Assembly: GCF_006345805.1 (NCBI RefSeq)
Contig: NC_043001.1
Location: 120,714,001-120,778,000, forward strand
Source: Octopus sinensis
Lineage: Eukaryota
Length of the DNA stretch: 64,000 bases
Direction: 5' to 3'
Numbering within the stretch: position 1 is the stretch's first letter; every line of letters begins with the position of its first letter. Positions 62,283-64,000 of the stretch are shown one piece after another. The position numbers and the translations under genes are program-made. The notes under the pieces were generated by a model, which searched no databases, had not been told where the DNA came from, and was given only the letters and a program-made list of their open reading frames with translations.

Positions 62283-64000
62283 TTAAGTAAAGAGTCTGTG
62301 TTCATTGCGTATCCAAGAACTTGGATCAGTAATGTGGTTTAGTCTTAATCAACGTGCTATTAGCAGGAGTCTCTTCTTGGTAACATTTGAGGTAGAAAAA
62401 ACTCCAGCAATTGTGATGCAAACTAAATCCACTCAGTTTTTCAACCTCAGGCACCACAATACTGTGGCAGTAACAATAGTTATAAAAACAATGGTACATG
62501 TATCCAACATTGAAAATAAATTTATTTTCAATACCAACAAGTTAGAGCAGACATTGTGCATCACTGTGAATGTATGTAAACAACTGGATGCAGAGTTTTG
62601 TAGTAAATAGAAGAGCAAAGGATGAAATAACAATTCAATTGTACCACTTTGTCTTGACCTTTCTCAGGCCTTTGTTTACCTTTTTTTATTCAGAGTTTCC
62701 AATAATAATAACAACAAGCATCACAGTCTGTAACCCAAAGCACAATATAAGTATTCACACAGAAACACATGCACACACACACAAGCTAGGTACAGTTTGT
62801 CTACCAAATTCACTCATAATTCATTCTCTTGGAGCTATAGTGGAAGACATTTACCCAAGATGCTCCACAATGTTAATAAATTCAAAACCACGTGGTTGGT
62901 AATGAACTTTTAACCTCCCAGCCAGACTTTGGCCTAACTAACTTTACGAACTACACAGTGATACATACATACACACATATGAGAGAGAGGCAGACAGACA
63001 GAGAGATTAAAAGGTATTATATTAGATAAATTAATTTATAAATATACAGACATTTTTTACTGAATTGTGTAAAGCTTCAAATATTTCTAGATGTTATTAC
63101 TTTTACAGCTTTGTTTAAAATTCTAAATCTCAAAGAATTTTCCAAATATTAGCTCATCTCAGGGTAATGAGTTATGATTCTGTTTTAAGAACTGAAATGG
63201 GTGAAAATTAGGTTAAGAAATATTTTTCCGTACCTTTTAAGCATTTGCAGAATATAAAGCAAGTGTGATGACGTTGACAATTTATAGGTAACATCTGCAT
63301 TTCGTACCCACCATCAAATTCCTTTAATAATTTCAATAAGATTGATTCTCACCACAAATGTACTTATTTTCTCAGTACTTTTTTTTTTGTACTTTTCATT
63401 GTTTGGTCAAGAGGAAAATACAGTATTCATAACCTTTTGATATTTCTCAAATATTGGATGAGATTGATGTAACTTATGCTTAGTTTCAATGTGTGTAAGT
63501 CAGCAAGAAAATGTTGGCTGGTAAGGAAATTCCAGACAGTTGACATTTTGAATAGGTTGGATAAAGTGGTCCATGTAGTGCCTAAGCAGTGAGACACTAA
63601 GCAGGAAAGACATGAGGAAGAGAGAGAGAGAGAGAGATGTTCTGAAAGTGGTCTTGGGTGGAGGTTGTACACAATTAGATAAATTGTCAAAACAAAACCT
63701 TTCATAATAGTGTTAGAACAGGTGGAGTGGTGACAACATTTGTATGGAGAGTTTATTCAAGTGTAACAGTCCTCATTTCAGCCACCGCTGAGGAAGACTG
63801 GTTACAGTTGGTCTCCTTCATTGTGGTCCTTTTTGGGGGCCTGAAATCTTTATCCTTTGACCATCAGTCCAGCATGCTATCGGCTCTAAAACTGTGGATC
63901 CCATTAGAATAATTAATTATATAATATATATATATATATAGATTAGTAGTTAGCGACTTCAGGATCAGAGCTAAATGGTTGCCCAGAAGAAGACCAGCTT

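Noticed and set aside
63781-63912. Phase-compatible open frame after CTCATTTCAG (ATAEEDWLQLVSF...)
   Set aside because: It lacks the RRxSV and cNMP motifs expected of RII exon 2, and it ends in a stop with no clear donor.

Overview
AT-rich, microsatellite-dense eukaryotic DNA. The SINE, LINE and mariner repertoire points to a coleoid cephalopod, most likely Octopus; this is inferred from recalled repeat families, not from a search. One host gene is recognisable: the first coding exon (19160-19403, + strand) of the cAMP-dependent protein kinase type II regulatory subunit, encoding the RII dimerisation/docking domain. It is followed by a GT donor and an intron in which I found no further PKA-R exon up to the end of the window (>44 kb). 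The rest is mostly mobile DNA: several tRNA-derived SINE families, CR1-like and RTE LINE remnants, mariner/Tc1, pogo, piggyBac-like and 8-bp-TSD DNA transposons, and Penelope-type fragments with hammerhead-ribozyme-like motifs. The most notable unexplained structures are: (1) an abrupt CpG-rich to CpG-depleted switch at about 33 kb inside the intron, next to a G-rich low-complexity tract; (2) a 310-bp near-perfect loopless palindrome; (3) an RTE/CR1 chimeric retro-insertion with a stuttered 5' end; (4) a fold-back MITE built from two right ends of a transposon; (5) a TSD-flanked 712-bp insertion with an unrecognised decayed ORF; (6) SINEs nested in their own family's head. All alignments and counts were done by eye and no database search was run. 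Nothing here proves a new biological system.
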